From a virus (lineage: Duplodnaviria; Caudoviricetes): 27,731 nucleotides of DNA. The notes under the pieces are model-generated. The model searched no databases and was not told where the DNA came from. It saw only the letters and a program-made list of their open reading frames with translations. Location: positions 1-27,731 of IMG/VR virus record IMGVR_UViG_3300035561_000064; one strand, 5' to 3'. Made by a program: the position numbers and the translations under genes. Below are positions 6,539 to 14,460 of the stretch, piece after piece (the stretch's first letter is position 1; each line of letters opens with the position of its first letter).

Positions 6539-7060
6539 ATGCGAAACTTTGGGCAAATCAATACCGAGTTTTGGTCAAGCCCGAAAACGAAAAGGTTTTC
6601 GCACAGCGCGAAGCTTTTGGCGGTCTATTTTCTTACTTGCCCATCTCATACCTGTATCGGTTGTTATCGGATACCTATTGCCTACGTCGCCCATGATTTA
6701 GTCATGGAGCGAGAACAAGTATTGTCCGCACTGGACGAACTAGAGGCCGAAAACTTTTGTTTTTATGACCACGATGTTGAATGGGTTTTTATTCCAAGCT
6801 TCATGAAGTGGAACAAAATCTCAAACAAAAATGTTGGGAAAGCGGCAAAAGGCCAGATCGCCAACGTGCCTCATGACTTCCTTTTTTATGATGAAGTTGT
6901 TGCCGCTGCCGTGGCTTTCGGAAGGGGATTTATCGAAGAGATTGAAACCGTCTTGAAACCGTTTCGAAACGGTTTGAGAACGGTATCGAAACAGGGAGAG
7001 GGAGAGAGAGAGGGAGAGAAAGGCTTACTCCAAGGAAGAAAATCTCTAGGATCTAGTTAA
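6539..7060 (+). CDS. Phage replication initiator-like protein (N-terminal winged-helix domain only)
   Basis: 'I.TEFW.S......S..AKLL..Y.LT.P....IGCY.I....VA.DL' family pattern; internal iteron-like repeats followed by a QGEGEREGE tract; RBS aggagg. Confidence 0.75.
   Translation: MRNFGQINTEFWSSPKTKRFSHSAKLLAVYFLTCPSHTCIGCYRIPIAYVAHDLVMEREQVLSALDELEAENFCFYDHDVEWVFIPSFMKWNKISNKNVGKAAKGQIANVPHDFLFYDEVVAAAVAFGRGFIEEIETVLKPFRNGLRTVSKQGEGEREGEKGLLQGRKSLGSS
6944..7020. repeat. Putative replication origin: 11-bp periodic iterons, 20-bp palindrome and purine tract
   Basis: gaaaccgtctt|gaaaccgtttc|gaaacggtttg|agaacggtatc|gaaac; palindrome aaaccgtttcgaaacggttt (6956-6975); GA-only run at 6993-7020. Confidence 0.7.
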
Positions 7061-7081
7061 CTAGTAGTAAGGGGGGTACCC

Positions 7082-8608
7082 ATGCAGCTTAGGCCATACC
7101 AAGAAAACGCGCTTCGCCAGGTCCGATTCGCCTACGCCAACGGCAAGCGTTCCGTCCTCGTCGTCTCCCCGACCGGAAGCGGAAAAGGCGTCATCCTGTC
7201 GCAACTCATCCGGCAGGCCAACGACAAGGGCGCAAGGGTTCTGTTTCTCGTTCACCGGCGAGAGATCCTTTTTCAGGTGAGCCGGTATCTGGACAACCAG
7301 CTAATACCCCATGGCGTGATTTTGGCCGGTGAGGATTACGACTACGGCAACAATGTGGAACTGGCGACGGTGCAGACCATCTCCCGGCGCATGAAGCGGA
7401 TCGACTACCAGCCCGCAGATGTGATCGTCATTGACGAGGCCCACCACGCGACCGCAGACGTTTACATGGACGTGGTGAAAACGCATCAGAAAAATCTCGT
7501 GGTCGGATTTACCGCGACTCCGTGCCGTCAAAACGGGTTGGGCCTGGGCCACCTTTTCGATCACATGGTGACGGTGGCTACCATCGAAGAGTTGACCCGC
7601 GATGGCTATCTGGTGCCGATACGCTATTACGCACCGGACGAGCCGGACCTGTCCGGGGTGAAGATTATCGGCGGCGATTACAGCGAGCGACAGCTTGAAC
7701 AGGTCATGGCCAAGCCGAAGTTGGTCGGTGACGTGGTGGAAAATTGGGTGCGGCTGGCCGAAGGAAGGCAGACCGTGGTGTTTACCACGACCGTTGCCCA
7801 CAGCGTCATGGTGTGCGCCGCCTTCAACGCGGTCGGCATTCCCGCCGAACATGTGGACGGCAAGACCGACAAGGACGAGCGGGCCGCCGTTCTGGATCGC
7901 TTCCGCAACGGCGATACGCGGATCTTGTGCAACTGCGCGGTATTTACGGAAGGCGTGGACATTCCCGACATCTCCTGCGTGGTCATGGCGCGGCCCACTA
8001 AATCCCTGTCGCTGTACCTCCAATGCGTCGGAAGGGGCATGAGGCCCGCTGAAGACAAGACCGACATGATCCTCATCGACCATGCCGGGGCGTGTTACGA
8101 GCATGGCCCGGTCCACGAAATCACCGAATGGACACTGGACGAAAAAACCCGCAACACGAACAAGAAAAACGACGAGCGCAAGGAGAATGAGCAAAGGCAC
8201 CTCACCTGCGATATGTGCAGCCGGGTGTATTCCGGGCAAATCAAATGCCCCGATTGCGGCACCATTCCCGAAGCCAAGCGCCAGGGAAAGGATGTGGACT
8301 TTATCGACGCAGAATTAGGGCTGGTGTGCTTCAAGACCAAGCGGGCAAAGGTCAAGGCCCGCATCGAGGATAAGCAGCGGTGGTATTCGGAACTTTTGGG
8401 ATACGCCAGGGCCAAGGGCTTCAAGCCGGGTTGGGCCTATCACAAATACCGGGATCTGTTCGGGGTGGCCCCGTCGCATCAACTGCAAAAGCGGTCGGAA
8501 AATCCCGGCCCGGAAGTGTTGGCGTGGATACGCGGGCAGGCAGCACGGCGGGCCATGGCCGCAAAATTTCAAGCTCAAGGGGGTGACGCATGTTCCATCA
8601 GGCACTAA
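7082..8608 (+). CDS. Superfamily II DEAH helicase (RadD/YejH-like) with C-terminal Zn finger
   Basis: LRPYQ, SPTGSGKG, IDEAHH, TATP, FTEGVDIP, QCVGRGMR, CDMC...CPDCG, G.KPGWAYH. Confidence 0.93.
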   Translation: MQLRPYQENALRQVRFAYANGKRSVLVVSPTGSGKGVILSQLIRQANDKGARVLFLVHRREILFQVSRYLDNQLIPHGVILAGEDYDYGNNVELATVQTISRRMKRIDYQPADVIVIDEAHHATADVYMDVVKTHQKNLVVGFTATPCRQNGLGLGHLFDHMVTVATIEELTRDGYLVPIRYYAPDEPDLSGVKIIGGDYSERQLEQVMAKPKLVGDVVENWVRLAEGRQTVVFTTTVAHSVMVCAAFNAVGIPAEHVDGKTDKDERAAVLDRFRNGDTRILCNCAVFTEGVDIPDISCVVMARPTKSLSLYLQCVGRGMRPAEDKTDMILIDHAGACYEHGPVHEITEWTLDEKTRNTNKKNDERKENEQRHLTCDMCSRVYSGQIKCPDCGTIPEAKRQGKDVDFIDAELGLVCFKTKRAKVKARIEDKQRWYSELLGYARAKGFKPGWAYHKYRDLFGVAPSHQLQKRSENPGPEVLAWIRGQAARRAMAAKFQAQGGDACSIRH

Positions 8609-9432
8609 TGCAGGCAGGCATCAAGCCGCCGCAAAAAATTGTGGTCGACGGCCATATCCATCGGTTTCAGACCGAGGGCGATCCCGGCAATAAAAATGGC
8701 TGGTACGTCCTGTTCGATGACCCGCTGGCCGGGGCGTTCGGATGCTGGAAGGCGGGTATTTCTGAAAAGTGGTCGAGCAAAGCACTGACCGACGAGGAAT
8801 GGATCAAGGTCAAGGCCCGCATCGAGGAAGCCAAGAAACGGCGGCAGGAAGAGGAAGCGGCGCGGCAGGCTGAATGCCGCAGGAAAGCGGAATGGCTCTG
8901 GCAGAAAGCCAAGCCCGCCGACCAGGGCAACGCCTACCTTTCGCGCAAGGGCGTTTTACCCTATGGCGTGAAGGAATCTCGCGGTTCTCTGCTGGTGCCG
9001 GTTCGCGGGCAGGACGGAACGCTACGCGGCTTGCAGTTCATCCGACCGGACGGAAGCAAGAAGTTCCTGAGCGGGACGCAGAAGAAGGGCAGCTATTTTG
9101 CCATCCCCGGCAACATGGTCCGTCTCTATGTCGCGGAAGGGTACGCAACCGCCGCAACCATTCGGCAGGCGACCGGGTGCGCCGTAGCCGTGGCTTTCGA
9201 CGCCGGGAACCTTGGCGAGGTCGGGCGGGAGTTGCGGGCCAAGCTGCCGGATGTTCCCATGGTGTTCTGTGCCGACAACGACAAGCACGGAGTCGGGCAG
9301 CAAAATGCGGAGGCGGCGGCGAGGGCTTGCAGCGGGATCGTGTGCCTTAGCCCGGAGGTCGGGACGGACTTTAACGACCTGGCCGCCAAATACGGGGCGG
9401 ATTATGTAGCAAAAATTCTGGGGGCTGCATGA
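8590..9432 (+). CDS. Toprim-domain DNA primase (TraC/P4-alpha-like, no helicase domain)
   Basis: GWY...GAFGCWK N-domain, YL.RKG, LQFI..DG.K.FL.G, AEGYATA, AFDAGNL, CADND, DFNDL. Confidence 0.88.
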   Translation: MFHQALMQAGIKPPQKIVVDGHIHRFQTEGDPGNKNGWYVLFDDPLAGAFGCWKAGISEKWSSKALTDEEWIKVKARIEEAKKRRQEEEAARQAECRRKAEWLWQKAKPADQGNAYLSRKGVLPYGVKESRGSLLVPVRGQDGTLRGLQFIRPDGSKKFLSGTQKKGSYFAIPGNMVRLYVAEGYATAATIRQATGCAVAVAFDAGNLGEVGRELRAKLPDVPMVFCADNDKHGVGQQNAEAAARACSGIVCLSPEVGTDFNDLAAKYGADYVAKILGAA

Positions 9433-9689
9433 CCCTGGCCGAACTGGAAGCGGAACTCGGCACAGATCCGGATTGGCCGAAAATCAAAGCGAGCCGGGAG
9501 TTGACCATCGGTTACGCGAAATCCATCCACGTTATGCGCCAGGTGCGGGCGGGTATCGTGCCGGACGGCTGGACTCACGACGCCACCTGTACCCACTGCG
9601 GCCCGGTCAAACTGCTACCGGGGGCGGAGCGGGTAATGGGCTGTCCGTGGTGCCATAAGGAGGGGGAGAGACGAAAAGCGATGATTTGA
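9429..9689 (+). CDS. Small zinc-ribbon replication-associated protein
   Basis: ATGA overlap with the primase; G.VP.GWT..ATCTHCGPV.L......GCPWC. Confidence 0.65.
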   Translation: MTLAELEAELGTDPDWPKIKASRELTIGYAKSIHVMRQVRAGIVPDGWTHDATCTHCGPVKLLPGAERVMGCPWCHKEGERRKAMI

Positions 9690-9719
9690 TTGGGTGCAGC
9701 AAAAAACAACGGAGGAATT

Positions 9720-11909
9720 ATGAACTACCATGCATTTTTGGAAACGAAGAAAAAAAATGACCCGGCTACCGGAATTGCAGATTTGCCGGAATTAAACCCG
9801 ATTCTGTTTCAGTATCAGCGGGATATTGTTGGATGGGCATTAAAGCGCGGGCGTGCGGCTATTTGGGCCGATTGCGGAATGGGGAAAGGACCGATGGCGC
9901 TGGAATACGCTAACCATGTTCCGGGCGACGTGTTGATTGTCGCTCCGTTGGCCGTTTCGCATCAGTTCAAGTTCGAGGCTGAAAAATTCGGGGTTGATGT
10001 CGGTCTGGCAAAAAAACGGGATGACATTACTAAACGTATCACCGTGACCAACTATGAGCGTCTAGACAATTTTGACCTGTCTCGCTTTCATGGCGTGGTT
10101 TTGGACGAGTCCAGCATTTTGAAGGCGCACGACGGGAAAACGCGCAATGCGTTAATCGAGGCGTTTCAGAAAACCCCGTTTCGGCTGTGCTGTACAGCTA
10201 CCCCTGCCCCGAACGACCACATGGAACTGGGGAACCATGCGGAATTTCTCGGCACCATGAGTCGGGTGGAAATGTTGAGCATGTTTTTCGTCCATGACGG
10301 CGGAGACACCAGCAAATGGCGGCTCAAAGGTCACGCAAAGAGCGAGTTTTGGCGGTGGCTGGCGTCGTGGGCGGTCATGATTCGCAAGCCGTCCGACCTG
10401 GGATACGACGATAGAGGATTCGTACTGCCGGACTTGTTGTTGCATCAACACACGGTCCAAGTTGATGAGCCGACAGGAGACTGCCTGTTCGCCATGGAAG
10501 CCCAAACGCTGCAGGAGCGGTTGCAGGCGCGTCGCGCCACCATCGAGGACAGGGTGAGCAAGGCCGCCGAAATCGTTAATGCCACCGATGAGCAGTTTTT
10601 GGTCTGGTGTAATCTGAACGACGAAAGTGCCATGCTTGCTAAGACCATAAACGGCGCAGTAGAGGTAAAAGGCAGCGACAGCCCCGAGCATAAAGAGCAA
10701 GCCATGATGGATTTTACGCATGGCAAAATTCGGGTTTTGGTCAGCAAGCCGTCTATCGCAGGGTTTGGCATGAACTGGCAGCATTGCCGGAACATGGCTT
10801 TTGTCGGGCTGTCAGACAGTTACGAGCAATATTATCAGGCGGTGCGCCGGTGCTGGCGCTTCGGGCAAAAAAACAAGGTTAACGTCCATATCATCACCGC
10901 TGAAACGGAAGGGGCAGTCGTGAGCAACATTCGCCGCAAGGAGCAGGACGCCATCACGATGGCAGAGAGCATGGTGGAGCACATGCACGAAATCAACGCT
11001 GCGGCCATTCATGGATCTACGGTGCGGGAAAAGTCGCCCTATGTGCGAGAAACGGTCAACGGCCAGGGGTGGACGGCGCATCTTGGAGATTGCGTTGACG
11101 TGGTATCGGAGATGCCGGAAAACAGCCTTCATTTCTGTGTCTACTCGCCGCCATTTTCGAGCCTCTATACCTACAGCAACAGCGACCGAGACATGGGGAA
11201 CTGCACCGACGACGAGGAATTTTATCGGCATTATAAATTCATGGTGCAACAGCTCTTTAAAGCCCTCATGCCGGGGCGTCTGGTGGCATTCCATTGCATG
11301 AACCTTCCGACCAGCAAAACGCGTGATGGACAAATCGGAATCAAAGACTTTCGCGGGGATTTGATTCGTTTACACCAAGAATCCGGGTTTATTTATCACT
11401 CCGAAGTGTGTATATGGAAAGATCCGGTTACAGCCATGCAGCGCACAAAAGCTCTCGGTCTACTACACAAGCAACTCAAAAAAGATTCGTGCATGTCGCG
11501 CCAGGGTATTCCGGACTATCTGGTTGTCATGCGAAAACCCGGCGACAACCCTGAACGCGTAACGCACACCAACGATGACTTCCCCGTTTCATTGTGGCAG
11601 CGGTACGCATCGCCGGTCTGGATGGACATTAACCCATCGGACACATTGCAATATCGCAGCGCCCGCGAGCACGACGACGAGAGACACATTTGCCCGCTTC
11701 AGCTTGAGGTCATCCGCCGTGCGCTCAAAATGTGGAGTAACCCCGGCGATCTTGTGTTCAGTCCGTTCATGGGCATTGGTTCGGAGGGGTTTGTCGCTAT
11801 CCAGGAGGGGCGGCGCTTTGTCGGAAGCGAATTGAAGCGCAGCTATTTTGAGCAGGCATGCAAGAACTTACAGGCGGCGACGGAAGAACAAAAAACCCTT
11901 TTCGGATGA
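9720..11909 (+). CDS. SNF2-like helicase fused to N4/N6 DNA methyltransferase
   Basis: RBS ggagg, ATG 9720; YQ, DCGMGKG, LDESS, TATPAPND, GFGMNWQ, QAVRRCWRFGQ; then GDC, YSPPF (catalytic) and SPFMGIGSEG (SAM binding) in beta-class order. Confidence 0.92.
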   Translation: MNYHAFLETKKKNDPATGIADLPELNPILFQYQRDIVGWALKRGRAAIWADCGMGKGPMALEYANHVPGDVLIVAPLAVSHQFKFEAEKFGVDVGLAKKRDDITKRITVTNYERLDNFDLSRFHGVVLDESSILKAHDGKTRNALIEAFQKTPFRLCCTATPAPNDHMELGNHAEFLGTMSRVEMLSMFFVHDGGDTSKWRLKGHAKSEFWRWLASWAVMIRKPSDLGYDDRGFVLPDLLLHQHTVQVDEPTGDCLFAMEAQTLQERLQARRATIEDRVSKAAEIVNATDEQFLVWCNLNDESAMLAKTINGAVEVKGSDSPEHKEQAMMDFTHGKIRVLVSKPSIAGFGMNWQHCRNMAFVGLSDSYEQYYQAVRRCWRFGQKNKVNVHIITAETEGAVVSNIRRKEQDAITMAESMVEHMHEINAAAIHGSTVREKSPYVRETVNGQGWTAHLGDCVDVVSEMPENSLHFCVYSPPFSSLYTYSNSDRDMGNCTDDEEFYRHYKFMVQQLFKALMPGRLVAFHCMNLPTSKTRDGQIGIKDFRGDLIRLHQESGFIYHSEVCIWKDPVTAMQRTKALGLLHKQLKKDSCMSRQGIPDYLVVMRKPGDNPERVTHTNDDFPVSLWQRYASPVWMDINPSDTLQYRSAREHDDERHICPLQLEVIRRALKMWSNPGDLVFSPFMGIGSEGFVAIQEGRRFVGSELKRSYFEQACKNLQAATEEQKTLFG

Positions 11910-11948
11910 CACCGGGAGAAGTTGTTTGCCTAGACTGGAGGATGTGTC

Positions 11949-12278
11949 ATGGATATGACCAAAGAGGAAAAGCTGGATCGGCTCAATCGGTGGGTAGAGG
12001 ACCACAGCCGCATGGACGCGCAGATGCAGGCGCTAAAAGCCGTGGTCGGAATGCTGGCGGGAAGTCCTCTGTTTCATGCCGTGTGGGATATGTTCGATTC
12101 CTACACCGAAGCCGTGGCCGCGAATGTGGGCGACACGCAGAAATGGCTAGACTGGTACTTATGGGAAAACGACATGGGGAAAAAGTGGCTGAAGGTACGG
12201 ACCGGACCAGACACAGAGCCAATAATTGTCGATAGCACGGAAAAGCTGTTGTGTGTCATTGAGTGCTGCGCAGAATAG
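11949..12278 (+). CDS. Hypothetical phage protein
   Basis: RBS ggagg; WLDWYLWENDMG motif. Confidence 0.7.
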   Translation: MDMTKEEKLDRLNRWVEDHSRMDAQMQALKAVVGMLAGSPLFHAVWDMFDSYTEAVAANVGDTQKWLDWYLWENDMGKKWLKVRTGPDTEPIIVDSTEKLLCVIECCAE

Positions 12279-12291
12279 TAACTGGAGGCAT

Positions 12292-12609
12292 ATGCACATC
12301 ACAACCAAGCGCAAAATGTGGAAAGTCGCGCTGATCCTGGTCGGAGAAGCGGAGATCTCCCCGAAAGCCGTCGAGGTCAAAGACGCCGTGCAGAGCGACC
12401 GCAGCGGAGGGCGGGTGTTCCTGGAATGGGCGATTGACTTCCTGGCCTGCGCCGGAAAGCACAAGACCGCCCTCGCCCGCTACTATCTGGACGAGGACGC
12501 GTTCCGGATTCCGGCCCGGCTTTACATGCCCGCACGGAAGTTTTGGAAGGAAATACGCAAGAAAAAATTGCACAAATCGGGGGAAAGAGTCATTTTTTCT
12601 TTGTATTGA
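12292..12609 (+). CDS. Basic hypothetical protein; positional candidate for late-gene regulator (Q-like)
   Basis: RBS ggagg, ATG 12292; last gene before a promoter-terminator pair. The function is positional inference only. Confidence 0.55.
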   Translation: MHITTKRKMWKVALILVGEAEISPKAVEVKDAVQSDRSGGRVFLEWAIDFLACAGKHKTALARYYLDEDAFRIPARLYMPARKFWKEIRKKKLHKSGERVIFSLY

Positions 12610-12610
12610 C

Positions 12611-12639
12611 TTGCACTCCGATTAAGAACGTGGTATAAA
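12611..12639 (+). promoter_or_regulatory. Putative late promoter (pR'-like)
   Basis: TTGCAC(12611-12616)-17 bp-TATAAA(12634-12639) with extended -10 TG; second -10-like TAGAAT at 12651-12656. Confidence 0.7.
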
Positions 12640-12662
12640 TTGGTAACTTCTAGAATTGCGCC

Positions 12663-12696
12663 AAAGCCCGACTATCAAAAATGGTCGGGCTTTTTT
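12663..12696 (+). terminator. Intrinsic terminator (tR'-like)
   Basis: Stem aaagcccgactat/atggtcgggcttt, loop caaaa, T6 run. Confidence 0.85.
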
Positions 12697-12717
12697 GTGC
12701 CACCCACCTCACCCATG

Positions 12718-12760
12718 CCCCGGACTGGTCCCCTCCTTACCAGTACCGGGGAATTTTTTT
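12718..12760 (+). terminator. Second hairpin plus T-run, with anti-SD loop
   Basis: ccccgg-actggt / accagt-a-ccgggg, loop cccctcctt, followed by aattttttt. Confidence 0.55.
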
Positions 12761-12782
12761 AAAAGGGGGAAAGGAGCGAGAC

Positions 12783-13112
12783 ATGGACAAACATTTTTGT
12801 TGTGGCAGCTACGAACAGCACGGCAAGAACATCGGCTCACTGGTGGACCAGAAACAGGCCGCCTACGGCGACAGTTTCCACCGAGCTTCCGAGGTGATGC
12901 AGATCCTTTACCCGGACGGCATCCGAGTCAATCAGTATCAGGACGTTCTGACCATGATCCGCGTCATCGACAAGTTGTTTCGGATTGCCACCAAGAAAGA
13001 CGCGTTTGGCGAATCGCCCTGGAAGGATATTGCCGGGTACGGGCTTCTGGCCAGCAAGGACACCGAACCGGCGTTCCCTGGTTCCATCGACTACGGACAG
13101 GGGGCGATGTGA
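12783..13112 (+). CDS. Nucleotide-modification-associated domain 1 (Nmad1/DUF1599-like) protein
   Basis: K...YGDSF...IRVIDKLFRI.....FGESPWKDIAGYGLL; RBS aaggag. Confidence 0.7.
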   Translation: MDKHFCCGSYEQHGKNIGSLVDQKQAAYGDSFHRASEVMQILYPDGIRVNQYQDVLTMIRVIDKLFRIATKKDAFGESPWKDIAGYGLLASKDTEPAFPGSIDYGQGAM

Positions 13113-13405
13113 TCGACACCCTTAACGCCCTGGCCGCCGATATCCACGCCACTGCCACGGAAAAAGGATGGTGGGACCGGGACGCAGGAACCGACGCCCT
13201 GATTGTGCTGGATGAAGCACTGGAACTGCAGCGGGAGTTCGCCCACGGCATCGGCCATCACGAATCAACCCAATGCCCAGGCTACCGCAACGACGAAATC
13301 GAGTGTGCCGACGTCATTATCGCCGCTCTCTCCCTGGCGAGACAACAGGGATGGAACATCGGCGGCGCGGTACTGGCGAAAGCGGAATTTAACAAGACAC
13401 GGTAA
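13109..13405 (+). CDS. MazG-like NTP pyrophosphohydrolase
   Basis: GTGA overlap; IH..A.EKGWW...DEALE...E...EIECADVII....A...GWN...AV..KAEFN..R. Confidence 0.8.
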   Translation: MIDTLNALAADIHATATEKGWWDRDAGTDALIVLDEALELQREFAHGIGHHESTQCPGYRNDEIECADVIIAALSLARQQGWNIGGAVLAKAEFNKTR

Positions 13406-13411
13406 GGGCAT

Positions 13412-13783
13412 ATGGTTAAGCATCTCGCGCACGTTCCTATTTTTAACCGCTCTGTTTTTTTTGTCGGGGATTGTTCCAGCGAAGAGGCAGAGGCCGAAAT
13501 CTTCAGGCTTCGCAAAAAGGCAACATCCGTTTTTTTTGACAGCACGGCCATCGGTGGCGTGAGAGATGCAGGCGGGGATGTTTTTGTTTGGGTTAAGGAT
13601 TTAAAAAAGGCCAGCGTCGTTGCGCATGAACTGGTCCACGCCGCATCGTCCATTATGGAGTTGTGTGGAGTTCCGCTCTGTCGTGAGACGGAAGAGGTGC
13701 TCTGTTACTTGACAGGGTGGCTAAAAATAAACGTGCAAGACCAGGTTTACGACAAGCTCGAAAAACAGCAAGGCCCAGCGTGA
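13412..13783 (+). CDS. Putative HExxH zinc metallopeptidase-like phage protein
   Basis: VVAHELVHAA...EEVLCYL. Confidence 0.7.
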   Translation: MVKHLAHVPIFNRSVFFVGDCSSEEAEAEIFRLRKKATSVFFDSTAIGGVRDAGGDVFVWVKDLKKASVVAHELVHAASSIMELCGVPLCRETEEVLCYLTGWLKINVQDQVYDKLEKQQGPA

Positions 13784-13916
13784 CAGCCGGATAGACGGCA
13801 GACACTAGGTGTCTACTGCGTAGCGGGGGACTCCTTGACAAAGCACACGGCCCTCCACGCCGAGAAGAACAATAACGCCTGTATGCGGTTGTAGGCGCAC
13901 CCCGGAGGGCCACTAA

Positions 13917-14066
13917 ATGCAACGAGACAATATGCTCCCCTGCACCTGTGACATGACCGGCGAAGAGAAGTGCTGCTACGAATGCGAAGAACGGGGCAGA
14001 TGTCAACACGCATGCCCCGTTACTCCTGATTCCGCCATGTGCGCCGAGACGTTCAGACGGCGATGA
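13917..14066 (+). CDS. 49-aa Cys-rich small protein (below the ORF track cutoff)
   Basis: MQRDNMLPCTCDMTGEEKCCYECEERGRCQHACPVTPDSAMCAETFRRR*; 8 Cys; RBS ggagg at 13904-13908. Confidence 0.5.
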   Translation: MQRDNMLPCTCDMTGEEKCCYECEERGRCQHACPVTPDSAMCAETFRRR

Positions 14067-14220
14067 GGTGATCGAGAAACGCAGCAACCGGCCCCGGAAC
14101 AGGTCGGCTACCCTGCCGCCACATCTCCACGGCTCTCAACGAGACGCGGAGACGGTCGGCCATCTGCTGGTTTGTGAGGCCCAGAGTGGCCTGGGCCTGT
14201 TTCAGTTCGGCGGCGGTCAT
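14053..14220 (-). CDS. 55-aa XRE/Cro-type HTH regulator (Aca-like; below the ORF track cutoff)
   Basis: Hand translation MTAAELKQAQATLGLTNQQMADRLRVSLRAVEMWRQGSRPVPGPVAAFLDHLIAV*; RBS gaggt; ATGA overlap with the upstream gene. Confidence 0.85.
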   Translation of the reverse strand: MTAAELKQAQATLGLTNQQMADRLRVSLRAVEMWRQGSRPVPGPVAAFLDHLIAV

Positions 14221-14450
14221 TTGCTAACCTCAAACGTTACCGAAATAACCTTAAAGCTTTCGTTCAGTCGATAGTCATAGGTGAATTCCTGTGGACCACG
14301 CTCCCCAAGAACGCCGCCGCATTTGCAGCCAGACACGCCACACAGTTTTTTTTCAATGCGTCTGGCGGTTGCTCCTGTGATGGTGTTGGAGGGGCCGACG
14401 TTAACAACAACCCCGGTGTTGTGGAAATTGTTACGGATAGTTATTTTCAT
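14217..14450 (-). CDS. 77-aa hypothetical protein (candidate anti-defence protein)
   Basis: RBS aagggggt, ATG 14450 (MKITIRNNFHNT...LCGVSGCKCGG...). Confidence 0.7.
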   Translation of the reverse strand: MKITIRNNFHNTGVVVNVGPSNTITGATARRIEKKLCGVSGCKCGGVLGERGPQEFTYDYRLNESFKVISVTFEVSK

Positions 14451-14460
14451 TTTTACCCCC

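Noticed and set aside
7052-7066. Resemblance to the TrpR operator core (CTAGTTAACTAGTA)
   Set aside because: No overlapping promoter or tryptophan-related context; better explained as an origin-adjacent palindrome.
12656-13108. N-terminal 151 codons of the 249-aa ORF
   Set aside because: Runs through two terminator hairpins and overlaps the Nmad1-like gene; only the MazG-like part from GTG 13109 is credible.
13784-13916. Possible tRNA, or a promoter at TTGACA 13835-13840
   Set aside because: No T-loop (TTCRA) or acceptor-stem geometry; no -10 hexamer at 16-18 bp.
14002-14009. gtcaacac in a hairpin loop, complementary to gtgttgac (380-387) of the candidate RNA
   Set aside because: An 8-nt match is expected by chance in 27 kb; insufficient to claim a trans target.
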